The notes beneath the pieces are model-generated. The model was not told the DNA's origin. It made no database searches and saw nothing but the letters and a program-made list of their open reading frames with translations. Positions 10,138 to 19,609 of a stretch of DNA of 64,000 bases are shown piece after piece. The stretch is from Kiritimatiellia bacterium (GTDB lineage: Bacteria; Verrucomicrobiota; Kiritimatiellia; RFP12; JBMNHG01): contig JBMNHG010000003.1 in NCBI GenBank assembly GCA_050950285.1, positions 428,337 through 492,336 of the forward strand, written 5' to 3'. Both the position numbers and the translations under genes were made by a program. Each line of letters opens with the position of its first letter. Within the stretch, counting starts at the first letter, position 1.

Positions 10138-10569
10138 ATGAAGACAACGATTCCCCAAGACCCTGGCGCCAGCCGCGAATGGCTGCTCGTGGATGCCGCC
10201 GGCAAGCCGCTCGGCCGCCTGGCCGTGGCCATTGCCAATGTCCTGCGCGGCCGCGACAAGCCAACATGGATGCCCAGCGCCGACACCGGCGCGTTCGTGG
10301 TGGTCACCAATGCCGGGAAGGTGAAGCTCACCGGCAAGAAAGACACGTGGAAGACCTACCAGCGCTACAGCGGCTGGCGGGGCGGCCGTCGCGTGATCTC
10401 CGCCGAGGTCATGCGCGCCAGGCACCCCGACCGCATGATTACGCTCGCCGTCCGCGGCATGCTGCCCAACAACAACCTCGCCACCCGCATGATGCGCCGC
10501 CTGCGCGTCTACGCCGGGAACGAGCATCCCCATGCCGCCCAGCAGCCCAAGGCCGTGGAGTTGATCTGA
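10138..10569 (+). CDS. rplM: 50S ribosomal protein L13
   Basis: WLLVDAAGKPLGRLA...LRGRDKP...RGMLP...HPHAAQQP; paired with rpsI. Confidence 0.98.
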   Translation: MKTTIPQDPGASREWLLVDAAGKPLGRLAVAIANVLRGRDKPTWMPSADTGAFVVVTNAGKVKLTGKKDTWKTYQRYSGWRGGRRVISAEVMRARHPDRMITLAVRGMLPNNNLATRMMRRLRVYAGNEHPHAAQQPKAVELI

Positions 10570-10629
10570 CGGCTCCCGGGCGCCCCTTCGCGCGGCGCCC
10601 GAAGCAAAGTGAAGTAAGGTACGACAATC

Positions 10630-11022
10630 ATGGTGAAAGAAATCGCTTCCGCCACCGGCCGTCGTAAAACGGCCGTCGCCCGCGTCCGTCTCGTGGACGG
10701 ATCGGGGAACGTGAAGATCAATGACCGCGACATGGCCGAGTACTTCCCGGTCGAGGCCCTTCGCATCTACATGCTGGAACCCCTCGACATCACCAGCACC
10801 CGCGAGAAGTTCGACGTGCTCGTCTCCGCCAAGGGCGGCGGCACGAGCAGCCAGGCCGGCGCCGTGCGCCACGCGCTGTCCCGCGCGCTTTGCGCCTTCG
10901 ACCTCTCGTTCCGCGAGCCCCTCAAGGCCAAGGGATGCCTCACCCGCGATCCTCGCACGAAGGAGCGCAAGAAGCCCGGCCAGCCCGGCGCCCGCAAACG
11001 CTTCCAATTCTCGAAGCGTTAG
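10630..11022 (+). CDS. rpsI: 30S ribosomal protein S9
   Basis: [15 protein letters not shown] and [19 protein letters not shown]. Confidence 0.99.
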   Translation: MVKEIASATGRRKTAVARVRLVDGSGNVKINDRDMAEYFPVEALRIYMLEPLDITSTREKFDVLVSAKGGGTSSQAGAVRHALSRALCAFDLSFREPLKAKGCLTRDPRTKERKKPGQPGARKRFQFSKR

Positions 11023-11060
11023 TCTTCCGCCGCCAGTTCCATTTGTCTGGCGTTTTTGCG

Positions 11061-11088
11061 AACGGGCGCCGATTCTGGCGCCCGTTTT
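11061..11088 (+). terminator. Rho-independent terminator after rpsI
   Basis: AACGGGCGCC-gattct-GGCGCCCGTT followed by TT. A second weaker hairpin plus T-run lies at 11031-11057. Confidence 0.7.
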
Positions 11089-11112
11089 GTGTATTGTCCA
11101 TTTGGATTTCCC

Positions 11113-13173
11113 ATGCCTCTGAAGAAATTCCTCAAGAAGATCGGAAGTTCGCTTTTCCAGTCTTCCAGCGCCAAGCCGACCGCCTCCACAACCTCCCGGC
11201 ATCGCGGCGGCACATCCAAAGACGCCTCTTCCGGCTCCCGCAAGAGGAGCCGCCCCGAAGGCGGCCGCAAGCCCGCCGCGAGTTCCGGGAAACCCTCCCG
11301 CAAGAGGAATCGCGCCCAGCCCGCGCCCGGCGGACGCCGCGAGGGCGACGCGAAGCGCGGATCCCGTCCCGCGGAAACGCGGCCCGCCGCCGAAACGGGC
11401 GACGCTTCCCCGGATCGTCCCGCCAAGAGCCGTTCCGGCTCCCGCCGCAACGGCGGCGAACGCCGTCGCGGCGAGGGCCGTCGGGGGGACGATCGCCGAG
11501 GCGGCCGTCGTAGCGCCGGGACGCGCGCTTCCCGCCGCCCCCAGCGCGAGCTTCCCCCCACCGCCGACGAGCTCAAGGCCAAGGACGGGAAGGCCCCCGT
11601 CGTGGATTCGGCCTGGAGCATCGACCAGTTCGTCGTGGCCCCGCAGGAAGGCAAGAAGCGCTTCCATGACTTCGATCTGCCCGTCGAAATCATGCGCGCG
11701 ATCGCCGACCTGGGCTTCCGGTACTGCACGCCCATCCAGGCCGAGTCGCTTGCCCTCGCCCTCGAGGGACGCAACGTCGCCGGGCGCGCGCAGACCGGCA
11801 CCGGCAAGACCGCCGCGTTCCTCGTCGCCATTCTCGCCCGCTTCCTCCGCAGCCCCGAGTCCCGCCCCGACAAAAACGGCACGCCGCGCGCGCTGATCAT
11901 CGCCCCCACCCGCGAGCTCGTGATCCAGATCTGCCGCGACGCCGAAGCCCTCGGCCGCTACTGCAACCTGCGCAGTTTCGCCGTCTACGGCGGCATGGAC
12001 TACAATGCCCAGCTGCGCCAGCTCCAGGAAGGCCCCATCGACCTGCTCGTGGCCACCCCCGGCCGGCTGATCGACTTCCAGCGCCAGCACGCCGTGGATC
12101 TCTCCCGCGTGGACACCCTCGTGATCGACGAGGCGGACCGCATGCTCGACATGGGATTCATCCCCGACGTGCGGAAGATCATCCGCTGCCTCCCGCCCCG
12201 CGACCAGCGCCGCACCATGCTCTACTCCGCCACCCTCTCGGACGAGGTGATGAAGCTCGCTTCGCAGTGGATGCCCGATCCGGTGAAGGTCGAGATCGAG
12301 GCCGAATCCGCCGCGGCGGAGACCGTCAGGCAGTACGTCTTCATCACCACGACGCAGGAGAAGTACGTCCTCCTCTGCAACCTCCTCCAGCGCTACGAAG
12401 GCCAGCGCGTGCTGGTCTTCTGCAACCGCCGCGTCACCACCGACCGCCTCGCCGAGAGGCTCGAACGCCAGGGCTTCGCCTGCGAGGTGCTTTCCGGCGA
12501 CGTGGACCAGCGCCGCCGCCTGCGCGTGATCGAGGCCTTCCGTTCCGGCACCGTGAAGATCGTTGTCGCCACCGACGTCGCCGGCCGCGGGCTCCACATC
12601 GCGGACATCGGGCTCGTCGTGAACTACGAGCTCCCCTACGAGGCCGAGGACTACGTGCACCGCATCGGCCGGACCGGCCGCGCCGGGCACGTGGGCACCG
12701 CCGTCTCCTTCGCCGACCCCGACGAATCGTTTGTGATCCCCGCCATCGAGGAGTACATCGGCGAGGAACTCAAGTGCGAGATGCCGGAGGCGGCGCTCCT
12801 GGCCCCCCTTCCGCCTCCCCGCCGCCGGAAATCCTCCCCCCGCCGTTCGAAGGCCTCCGCCGCCTCCGGGGCTTCCGCCGGGCAGGACGAATCCCCCGAG
12901 CCGGAAGCCGGGCCCGAGGCGCCCCCCGCCGCTTCCCGCGAGACGGAGGCGGCGGATGCGGAATCCGAAGAACCGGCCTCCGCTCCAACCCCCGCCCCGC
13001 AGGCCGCCGGGAGCGAGGCTTCCGACAAGCCTTCCCGCCGCTCCGGCGCCCGCCGCGGCGGGCGCGGCTCCCGCCCGTCTTCCCCGAAAAGCGATGCGGA
13101 GAAGGCCGCTCCACCGCCCGGGATCCAGGGGGCCCGCGCCAAGGCGCAGGAGTGGACGCCCGGGCAACCCTGA
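11113..13173 (+). CDS. rhlB: DEAD-box RNA helicase, RhlB-like, with long disordered N- and C-termini
   Basis: Q motif (GFRYCTPIQ), GTGKT, PTREL, DEAD, SAT and HRIGRTGR. The EGKKRFHDF pre-core segment resembles RhlB. Confidence 0.88.
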   Translation: MPLKKFLKKIGSSLFQSSSAKPTASTTSRHRGGTSKDASSGSRKRSRPEGGRKPAASSGKPSRKRNRAQPAPGGRREGDAKRGSRPAETRPAAETGDASPDRPAKSRSGSRRNGGERRRGEGRRGDDRRGGRRSAGTRASRRPQRELPPTADELKAKDGKAPVVDSAWSIDQFVVAPQEGKKRFHDFDLPVEIMRAIADLGFRYCTPIQAESLALALEGRNVAGRAQTGTGKTAAFLVAILARFLRSPESRPDKNGTPRALIIAPTRELVIQICRDAEALGRYCNLRSFAVYGGMDYNAQLRQLQEGPIDLLVATPGRLIDFQRQHAVDLSRVDTLVIDEADRMLDMGFIPDVRKIIRCLPPRDQRRTMLYSATLSDEVMKLASQWMPDPVKVEIEAESAAAETVRQYVFITTTQEKYVLLCNLLQRYEGQRVLVFCNRRVTTDRLAERLERQGFACEVLSGDVDQRRRLRVIEAFRSGTVKIVVATDVAGRGLHIADIGLVVNYELPYEAEDYVHRIGRTGRAGHVGTAVSFADPDESFVIPAIEEYIGEELKCEMPEAALLAPLPPPRRRKSSPRRSKASAASGASAGQDESPEPEAGPEAPPAASRETEAADAESEEPASAPTPAPQAAGSEASDKPSRRSGARRGGRGSRPSSPKSDAEKAAPPPGIQGARAKAQEWTPGQP

Positions 13174-13374
13174 TGGACCTTCCCCGCGAGTGCCCCCGGC
13201 CCCTGGCATGGGAGACGGGCATGCGAACGCTTTCCGTTCCAGGAAAGGGCAGCCTTACGGGGTTCCCGTGCCGCGCGCCAAAGGGAAGGACGATGGCCGC
13301 CCGATGAGACGGGGGTGGTACGGAAACTGCTTTTCCAACTCGTTCGCCTGTCCCTCTCAACGCCTGCCCGGGAG

Positions 13375-14382
13375 ATGAATTCCATGAACAGCCGCCTGTG
13401 GATCCAGACCCTCCCCTCGTTGCATCGTCCGCTTCCCATCCTGTCCTTCCCGGCCGTGCATCTGCTCGGCGTGACGGTGCGGCAGTTCACCCACGACGCC
13501 GTCCTGCAGGCCCGGGGCATCCGGAAGGTCGCGGAGCGCGTCCCTTCCGCCGCCGCCGTGACCGCCATGGATCTTTCGGTCGAGGCCGAGGCCTTCGGAT
13601 GCCGCGTGCAGGCGGGCGACGACGACATCCCCACCATCGCCGGCACACGCGTGCCGGACGCCGAAGCGGCCGACGCGCTGTCGGTCCCGGACGTGGGCGA
13701 TGCGCGCACCGGACTCTACATCGACGCCGCCCGCCGGGCGAAGGCCGCCGTCGCCGACCGCCCCGTCCTCGCCGGGTTGATCGGCCCCTATTCCCTCGCG
13801 GGACGCCTGATGGACGTTGCCGAAGCGCTCGCCAACTGCCTCGCCGAGCCCGGACTCGTCCACGCCGTGATGCGCAAGTCCACCGATTTCCTCATCGCCT
13901 ACGCCCGGGCGTACAAGGCGGCCGGACTGGACGGCATGATGATGGCCGAACCCCTCGCCGGCCTCCTCTCGCCCGCGCTGGAAAGGGAGTTCTCCGCGCC
14001 CTATGTGGCCGAGCTGGTCGAAGCCGTGCAGGACGATGGTTTCGTGGTGATCTACCACAACTGCGGCCCCAACACGCCGCACATGCTCGACTCGCTTGCC
14101 GCCAACGGCGCCGCCGCCTACCACTTCGGAGACGCCGTGGATCTGGCCGGCATCCTCGCGCGCATGCCCACCGACAAGCCCATCTGCGGCAACGTCTCGC
14201 CTTCCGCGCACTTCCTCGGAGGCACGCCCGCCTCGGTGCGCGAGGCTACGCTGGCGCTTCTCGAACCATGCGCCTCCGACCCGCGCTTCGTCCTCTCCTC
14301 CGGCTGCGACATCCCGCCCGGCAGCCCGTGGGAGAACATCGACGCCTTCTTCCAGGCCTCCCGCGCCTTCTACGGGGCTTGA
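13375..14382 (+). CDS. URO-D family / MtaA-CmuA-like methylcobamide methyltransferase
   Basis: DLSVEAEAFG, GPYSLAGRL, HNCG and SSGCDIPP motifs. Confidence 0.82.
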   Translation: MNSMNSRLWIQTLPSLHRPLPILSFPAVHLLGVTVRQFTHDAVLQARGIRKVAERVPSAAAVTAMDLSVEAEAFGCRVQAGDDDIPTIAGTRVPDAEAADALSVPDVGDARTGLYIDAARRAKAAVADRPVLAGLIGPYSLAGRLMDVAEALANCLAEPGLVHAVMRKSTDFLIAYARAYKAAGLDGMMMAEPLAGLLSPALEREFSAPYVAELVEAVQDDGFVVIYHNCGPNTPHMLDSLAANGAAAYHFGDAVDLAGILARMPTDKPICGNVSPSAHFLGGTPASVREATLALLEPCASDPRFVLSSGCDIPPGSPWENIDAFFQASRAFYGA

Positions 14383-14418
14383 CCCCTGCGGCGTGCCGCC
14401 CCTCCAACCCGCTTCGAC

Positions 14419-16680
14419 ATGCCCGATTCCCCCGTTTCGACCTCCGCGCCCTCCGCATCCGCACCAGCCGATCCCACCCGAATCACGGGAACGGTCAAGA
14501 GCGTCGTCTTCCACAACGACGCCAACGGCTACACCATCTGCTCCGTGGAGGTCGCGGGCGAAAAGGATCCCTGCACCGTGGTCGGCACGTGCGCCGTCAT
14601 CTGGGAAGGCGAGGAGCTCGACGCCACCGGACGCTGGGTCCGCCATCCGCAGTTCGGACGGCAGTTCCAGGCGGACACCATCACCTGCGTCACGCCCACC
14701 TCCACGGAAGGCATCGAGAAGTTCCTCGCCGGCGGCATGATCCGCGGGATCGGCCCCGTGCAGGCCAAGCGCATCGTCACGCACTTCGGGCAGGACACCC
14801 TCCGCGTGATCGACAACGAGTCCGCGCGCCTCGAAGAGGTGCCGGGGATCGGTCCGAAGCGGCGCGCGCTCATCAAGGAGTCGTGGGTCGAGTCGCGCGG
14901 CATCCGCGACATCATGATCTTCCTGCAAAGCAACGGCGTGGGCACCGCCCAGGCCGCCCGCATCTACCGCCAGTACGGGCAGGACGCCATCGCCATCGTG
15001 AAGAAGAACCCCTACCGCCTTTGCCACGACGTGTGGGGGATCGGCTTCAAGAGCTCCGACGCCATCGCCTTGCGCGTGGGCGTCCCCAGGGAGTCGCTCG
15101 AACGCGCCCGCGCCGGAATCGCCTACGTGCTCTCCACCCTTTCCGAGGAAGGCCACTGCTTCTGCCCCGAGAGCGAACTGCTCCTCACCGCGCAGGAGAT
15201 GCTCGGCATCCCGCTCGAGGTCGTGGCCGAAGCCCTCGCCGACGAAGCCGCCCGCGGCGGCACCCTCGTGCGCGACGGCGAGCGCGTCTACCTCCGGGAA
15301 CTCTTCGCCGCCGAGGTGCGCGTGGCCGTGAAGCTCCGCCGGCTGCTCGACGGCACGCCGCGCTTCAAGCCCATCGACGCCCCGCGCGCCGTGGACTGGG
15401 CGGAATCGCGCATGGGGATGACCCTCGCCCCCGAGCAGCGCCTCGCCCTCCAGGACGCCCTTTCCGGCAAGGTCACCGTCATCACCGGCGGGCCCGGCGT
15501 GGGCAAGACCACCATCATCCGCGCCCTGGCCGAGGTGTTCGACGCCCGCCGTGCCGTCCTCCGCCTCGCCGCCCCCACGGGCCGCGCCGCGAAGCGCATG
15601 GCCGAATCCACCGGCCGCGAGGCCGTCACCCTCCACCGGCTGCTCTGCTTCCAGCCCGGCGGACGCGGCTTCAAGTACAACGCCGACAACCCCCTCGACG
15701 CGGACGTCGTCATCCTGGACGAATCGTCGATGATCGACCTCGATCTCATGGACAACCTCCTCCAGGCCGTTCCCGACCACTGCTGCCTCGTGCTGGTGGG
15801 CGATGTCGACCAGCTTCCCAGCGTGGGCCCCGGCAACGTGCTGCGCGACATCCTCTCCTCCGGCGTCGTCCCCAGCCGCCGCCTCACCTGCATCTTCCGC
15901 CAGGACACGCGCGGCCTCATCGTGCGCAACGCCCATCGCATCAACCGGGGCGAACGCATCGAGCGCGCCCAGGGAAGCGACTTTTTCTTCATCGAGACCT
16001 CCGAGCCCGACCTCATGATCGCCCGCGCGCGCGAACTGGTCTCCCGCCGCATCCCCCGCAAATTCGGCTTCGACCCCCTCACGGACATCCAGGTCCTGAC
16101 CCCGATGCGCCGCAACGCCTTGGGTTCGGACAACCTGAACCACGTGCTCCAGGAGGCGTTGAACCCGCGCGGCGAAGCCCTGCTGCGCGGCGGCTCCGCC
16201 TTCCGCATCCGCGACCGCGTGATGCAGCTGCGCAACAACTACGACAAGGAGGTCTTCAACGGCGACATCGGCTTCATCCGCGAGGTCGATCGCGGCGAAC
16301 TCACCCTCACGGTGGACTTCGATGGCCGGGAGGTCTCCTACCGCTCCGACGAACTCGACGAGCTCGTGCTCGCCTACGCCACCACCATCCACAAGTCGCA
16401 GGGCAGCGAATACCCCGCTGTGGTCATCCTCCTCGCCACGCAGCATTTCAAGCTGCTCCAGCGCAACCTGCTCTACACCGCGGTCACCCGCGGGAAGAAG
16501 CTCGTGTGCATCGTGGGCTCCTCCAAGGCCGCCTACATCGCCACGCAGAACAACACCGTGCGCGAACGCCGCACGTGGCTCGCGGAACGCCTCCGCGCCA
16601 AGCCGGGCGAAGCCGATGCCCCGGAGCCAGCCCCCGGCCCCGGCGGAAGCGGGCCGGAAGCGGACGGGCCGCATCCATGA
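14419..16680 (+). CDS. recD2: ATP-dependent RecD2-type DNA helicase
   Basis: N-terminal OB/HhH region (GIGPKR, NPYRL), GGPGVGKT, APTGRAAKR, DESSM, GDVDQLPSV and LAYATTIHKSQGSEY. Confidence 0.95.
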   Translation: MPDSPVSTSAPSASAPADPTRITGTVKSVVFHNDANGYTICSVEVAGEKDPCTVVGTCAVIWEGEELDATGRWVRHPQFGRQFQADTITCVTPTSTEGIEKFLAGGMIRGIGPVQAKRIVTHFGQDTLRVIDNESARLEEVPGIGPKRRALIKESWVESRGIRDIMIFLQSNGVGTAQAARIYRQYGQDAIAIVKKNPYRLCHDVWGIGFKSSDAIALRVGVPRESLERARAGIAYVLSTLSEEGHCFCPESELLLTAQEMLGIPLEVVAEALADEAARGGTLVRDGERVYLRELFAAEVRVAVKLRRLLDGTPRFKPIDAPRAVDWAESRMGMTLAPEQRLALQDALSGKVTVITGGPGVGKTTIIRALAEVFDARRAVLRLAAPTGRAAKRMAESTGREAVTLHRLLCFQPGGRGFKYNADNPLDADVVILDESSMIDLDLMDNLLQAVPDHCCLVLVGDVDQLPSVGPGNVLRDILSSGVVPSRRLTCIFRQDTRGLIVRNAHRINRGERIERAQGSDFFFIETSEPDLMIARARELVSRRIPRKFGFDPLTDIQVLTPMRRNALGSDNLNHVLQEALNPRGEALLRGGSAFRIRDRVMQLRNNYDKEVFNGDIGFIREVDRGELTLTVDFDGREVSYRSDELDELVLAYATTIHKSQGSEYPAVVILLATQHFKLLQRNLLYTAVTRGKKLVCIVGSSKAAYIATQNNTVRERRTWLAERLRAKPGEADAPEPAPGPGGSGPEADGPHP

Positions 16681-17270
16681 ACCCCCTGCTCGAACGTCCG
16701 GCACGGTGCGTCCGCTTCGTCGCGATGGATTTCGAAACGACGGGATCCGTGCGCGGCTGGGAGGTCGAACCGTGGCAGTTCGGGATGATCGACCTCGCGG
16801 AAGGGCGCATCCGCCCCGAAACCGCATTCGAAAGCTGGCTTCGCATCGACGCGGACCGGCCGTTCAATCCATACGCGCCGGGCCGTCACGGACAGGTCCG
16901 CGACCGGCTGGCCGCCGCCCCTTCCCTGGCGGAACTGTACGGGACGCTGGCCACCCGCTTCGCGGGCGCCGTGCTCGTGGCGCACAACGTGGGGACCGAA
17001 CGCACCCTGCTCGCCAAAGCGTTCCCGCTCCATCGCCTGGGGCCGTGGGTGGACACGCTGAAACTCGTGCGGAACTTCCATCCCGAACTCCCCGGCGGAA
17101 GCCTCGGACAGGTCCTTGAAAGCCTCGGCTTGCGGCCGCGCGTCGATGCCGCCTGCCCCGGCCGAACCTGCCACGACGCCCTCTACGACGCCGTCGCCTG
17201 CGCCGTCCTCCTCGAGTACTTCCTGGGCCTCCCCGGCTGGGAATCCGTCCCGGTGCAGGCCCTTCTCTGA
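16677..17270 (+). CDS. DEDDh 3'-5' exonuclease (DnaQ/PolC epsilon-like)
   Basis: DFETTG, AHN, WVDTL and HDALYDA motifs. ATGA overlap with recD2. This is the real part of track ORF 13398..17270. Confidence 0.88.
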   Translation: MNPLLERPARCVRFVAMDFETTGSVRGWEVEPWQFGMIDLAEGRIRPETAFESWLRIDADRPFNPYAPGRHGQVRDRLAAAPSLAELYGTLATRFAGAVLVAHNVGTERTLLAKAFPLHRLGPWVDTLKLVRNFHPELPGGSLGQVLESLGLRPRVDAACPGRTCHDALYDAVACAVLLEYFLGLPGWESVPVQALL

Positions 17271-17296
17271 CGGCCCGCCGGCCGGCGCCTTTCCCC

Positions 17297-17326
17297 TTGC
17301 CGCCCCATCCCCGCGCGGCGTACACT
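17297..17326 (+). promoter_or_regulatory. Sigma-70-type promoter, leaderless era transcript
   Basis: TTGCCG-N18-TACACT, 6 nt before ATG 17333. Confidence 0.55.
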
Positions 17327-17332
17327 CCCGCC

Positions 17333-18265
17333 ATGGAAGAATCCCGGAACACGAAGGAACGCCGCTGCGCGATCGTCGGCATCGTCGGGCGGACGAACGC
17401 CGGCAAATCCACGCTGGTGAACGCGCTCGTGGGCGACAAGGTGAGCATCGTCTCGCCCGTGGCGCAGACCACCCGCAGCGTCGTGCGCGGCGTCTTCACC
17501 GACCCTCGCGGCCAGCTCGTTCTGGTGGATACCCCGGGCCTCCACAAGAGCGAAAGCCCTCTCGGCACCCTCATGAACCGCATGGCCCGCCAGGCTTCCG
17601 CGAACGTCCAGATCCTTGTGGTGGTGGTGGACGCCTCGCGTCCGCCGCAGCTCGAGGACGAAGGGTGGTTCCGGCGCGCCCTCTTTGCCGGGCAGCCCGT
17701 CTTCTTCCTCCTGAACAAGTGCGACCGCGGCCCCACGCCCCACGTCCCCGCGTTCCATGCCGCCTGGAAGGCCATCCAGGACGAGAAGGGCCACCATCGC
17801 GACGACGTGGTCTGGATGGAGATCTCCGCCGCGACCCGCCGCAACCTGCCGCAGCTGCTCGAGGCGTTGTTTGCCCGCGCCGAGCCGGGCGAACCGTATT
17901 TCCCCGACGACACGGTCACCGACTATCCCCGTCCCCTCGCGATCGCGGACGTGATCCGGGAGAAGCTCTTCCGGCACCTGTCGCAGGAGCTTCCCCACGA
18001 GATCGGCGTGCGGATCGACGACATCCGCGAGGATGGGCGCCGCTGGCATGTGCGCGCCACGATCCTCGTGAACCGTCCGTCGCAGAAGCCGATCGTCCTG
18101 GGCGAGCGCGGGCGGGTGATCCGGTCGGTGCGCCGGGCGGCGGAGCCGGAGATCTCCGCGATGTTCGACGTCGATGCCGACCTCGAACTGTGGGTGAAGG
18201 TCGAGAAAAACTGGGCGAAGAACTTCTGGCTGCTTCGCCAGATGGGCTACGACGCGCCCCGGTGA
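17333..18265 (+). CDS. era: GTPase Era
   Basis: GRTNAGKST, QTTR, DTPG and NKCD motifs plus a C-terminal KH domain (LELWVKV..NW). Confidence 0.96.
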   Translation: MEESRNTKERRCAIVGIVGRTNAGKSTLVNALVGDKVSIVSPVAQTTRSVVRGVFTDPRGQLVLVDTPGLHKSESPLGTLMNRMARQASANVQILVVVVDASRPPQLEDEGWFRRALFAGQPVFFLLNKCDRGPTPHVPAFHAAWKAIQDEKGHHRDDVVWMEISAATRRNLPQLLEALFARAEPGEPYFPDDTVTDYPRPLAIADVIREKLFRHLSQELPHEIGVRIDDIREDGRRWHVRATILVNRPSQKPIVLGERGRVIRSVRRAAEPEISAMFDVDADLELWVKVEKNWAKNFWLLRQMGYDAPR

Positions 18266-18309
18266 GGGGGACCGCCCCCGGCAGGCTCCTTCTCCCGCGC
18301 GCGCACGCG

Positions 18310-19554
18310 CTACGATTTGGATTCGTTCGTGCCGTGCACGGCCCCGAGCGGCGCGAGGCGTGTCTCGAGCCGTTTCGCGAGGTAGGGGGCGCCTTGGCAG
18401 AAGGCGGCGAGGGAGAGGTATTCCTCGATGGCGGCGGAGATGCCGGGCTTGGCGCCTTTTTCGGCCCGGAGGAGAAGGTTGCGGGCGGTGGCGGCGGGCT
18501 CCACGAACTCCTGGATCTTCACGCGGTATCCCAGGATGCGCAGGATCTGCGCGCGGAAGGCGTCGGTGAAGAGGTCCGCCAGGCGTTCGCGCAGGATGCC
18601 GTGGCGGAGCACGGCGCGCAGCGGTCCGGCTCCGCCGGATCCGAGGTGCTCCTGGAGGTCGTGCTGGCAGCAGGGCGCCGCGAGGATGTAGGGGCATCCC
18701 CATTCGACGCCGCGGGCGATGGCTTCGTCGGTGGCGGTGTCGCAGGCGTGCAGGCTCAGCAGGAGATGGGGCGCGAGATCGAGGGGCGCGGTTGCGATGT
18801 CGCCCGCCACGAAGCGCGCCTCGTCTTCCGGAAGGCCGAGATCGCGGGCCATGCGGTCGCAGTCGGCCACGAGGGCGGGGTCGTGGTCGATGCCGCGGAT
18901 GCGCACGGAGTCGCCGCGGACGCGGGAGAGGTAGAGATGGGCGGCGAAGGTGAGGTAGGCCCGGCCGCATCCGCAATCGACGATGTCGAGGTCGCGCGGG
19001 GGGCGTTCCCTGCCGAGGGTGGCATCGATGGCGCGAAGGAATTCGTTTACCTGGCGGAGCTTGTCGCGCATCGAGGCCCGGATGTGCCCGGAGCCGTCGG
19101 CAAAGCCCAGGACGCGGAGGTAGGCCGCGGCGTCGAAGGCGTCGAGGGGCTGGCTTTTGACGCGGTCGTGGCCGGAGGTCGCGCGGGGTGCGGAGGGGGC
19201 GGCAGATGCCTTCGAGCGGGAGACGAGGGCGTTGCCTTTGCGGGTGACGCGCAGGTGGAGGTCGCCTTCCCCGGTGACGAGGTGGGCTTCGCGCGGGCCG
19301 CCTGTGGCGAGGAGCGCTTCGGCCAGCTGCCGGGCGTCGCCGGCGCCGAGGTTGCGGGCGGTGGCGCGCTTGTCCGCGAAGCGCTCGCATTGCCAGAGCG
19401 CCTCGCCGCGCAGGGTCACGGGGTGGAGGCTGGTTTTTTCGACCTTGCCGCCGCGGCGGGTGACGCAGGTGAGGCGGATGGCGCCCGGGCGATCGAAGAG
19501 GCGGTCGAGGATTTCCGGGATCACGGAGGACAAGGGATTGTTCACGGTCTGCAA
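18310..19554 (-). CDS. SAM-dependent methyltransferase (Methyltransf_32-like)
   Basis: KLRQVNEF, DCGCGRAYLTF, SLHACDTATD, APCCQH and TARNLLL motifs. Confidence 0.88.
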   Translation of the reverse strand: MQTVNNPLSSVIPEILDRLFDRPGAIRLTCVTRRGGKVEKTSLHPVTLRGEALWQCERFADKRATARNLGAGDARQLAEALLATGGPREAHLVTGEGDLHLRVTRKGNALVSRSKASAAPSAPRATSGHDRVKSQPLDAFDAAAYLRVLGFADGSGHIRASMRDKLRQVNEFLRAIDATLGRERPPRDLDIVDCGCGRAYLTFAAHLYLSRVRGDSVRIRGIDHDPALVADCDRMARDLGLPEDEARFVAGDIATAPLDLAPHLLLSLHACDTATDEAIARGVEWGCPYILAAPCCQHDLQEHLGSGGAGPLRAVLRHGILRERLADLFTDAFRAQILRILGYRVKIQEFVEPAATARNLLLRAEKGAKPGISAAIEEYLSLAAFCQGAPYLAKRLETRLAPLGAVHGTNESKS

Positions 19555-19609
19555 AGGAAGGTTTCCATTTTCCGGGTTGCGCCGGGGGCCGAACGGCCCT
19601 CCGTTGGCG

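Noticed and set aside
13174-13374. Possible cobalamin riboswitch upstream of the MtaA-like gene
   Set aside because: Only scattered fragments (TGCCCCCG, GGGAAGG). I could not find the ordered core or B12 box. An Rfam/Infernal scan would settle it.
14419-17270. RecD-like helicase plus nuclease as an anti-phage defence system
   Set aside because: The helicase has ordinary RecD2 architecture and sits among housekeeping genes (rhlB, era) with no defence context.
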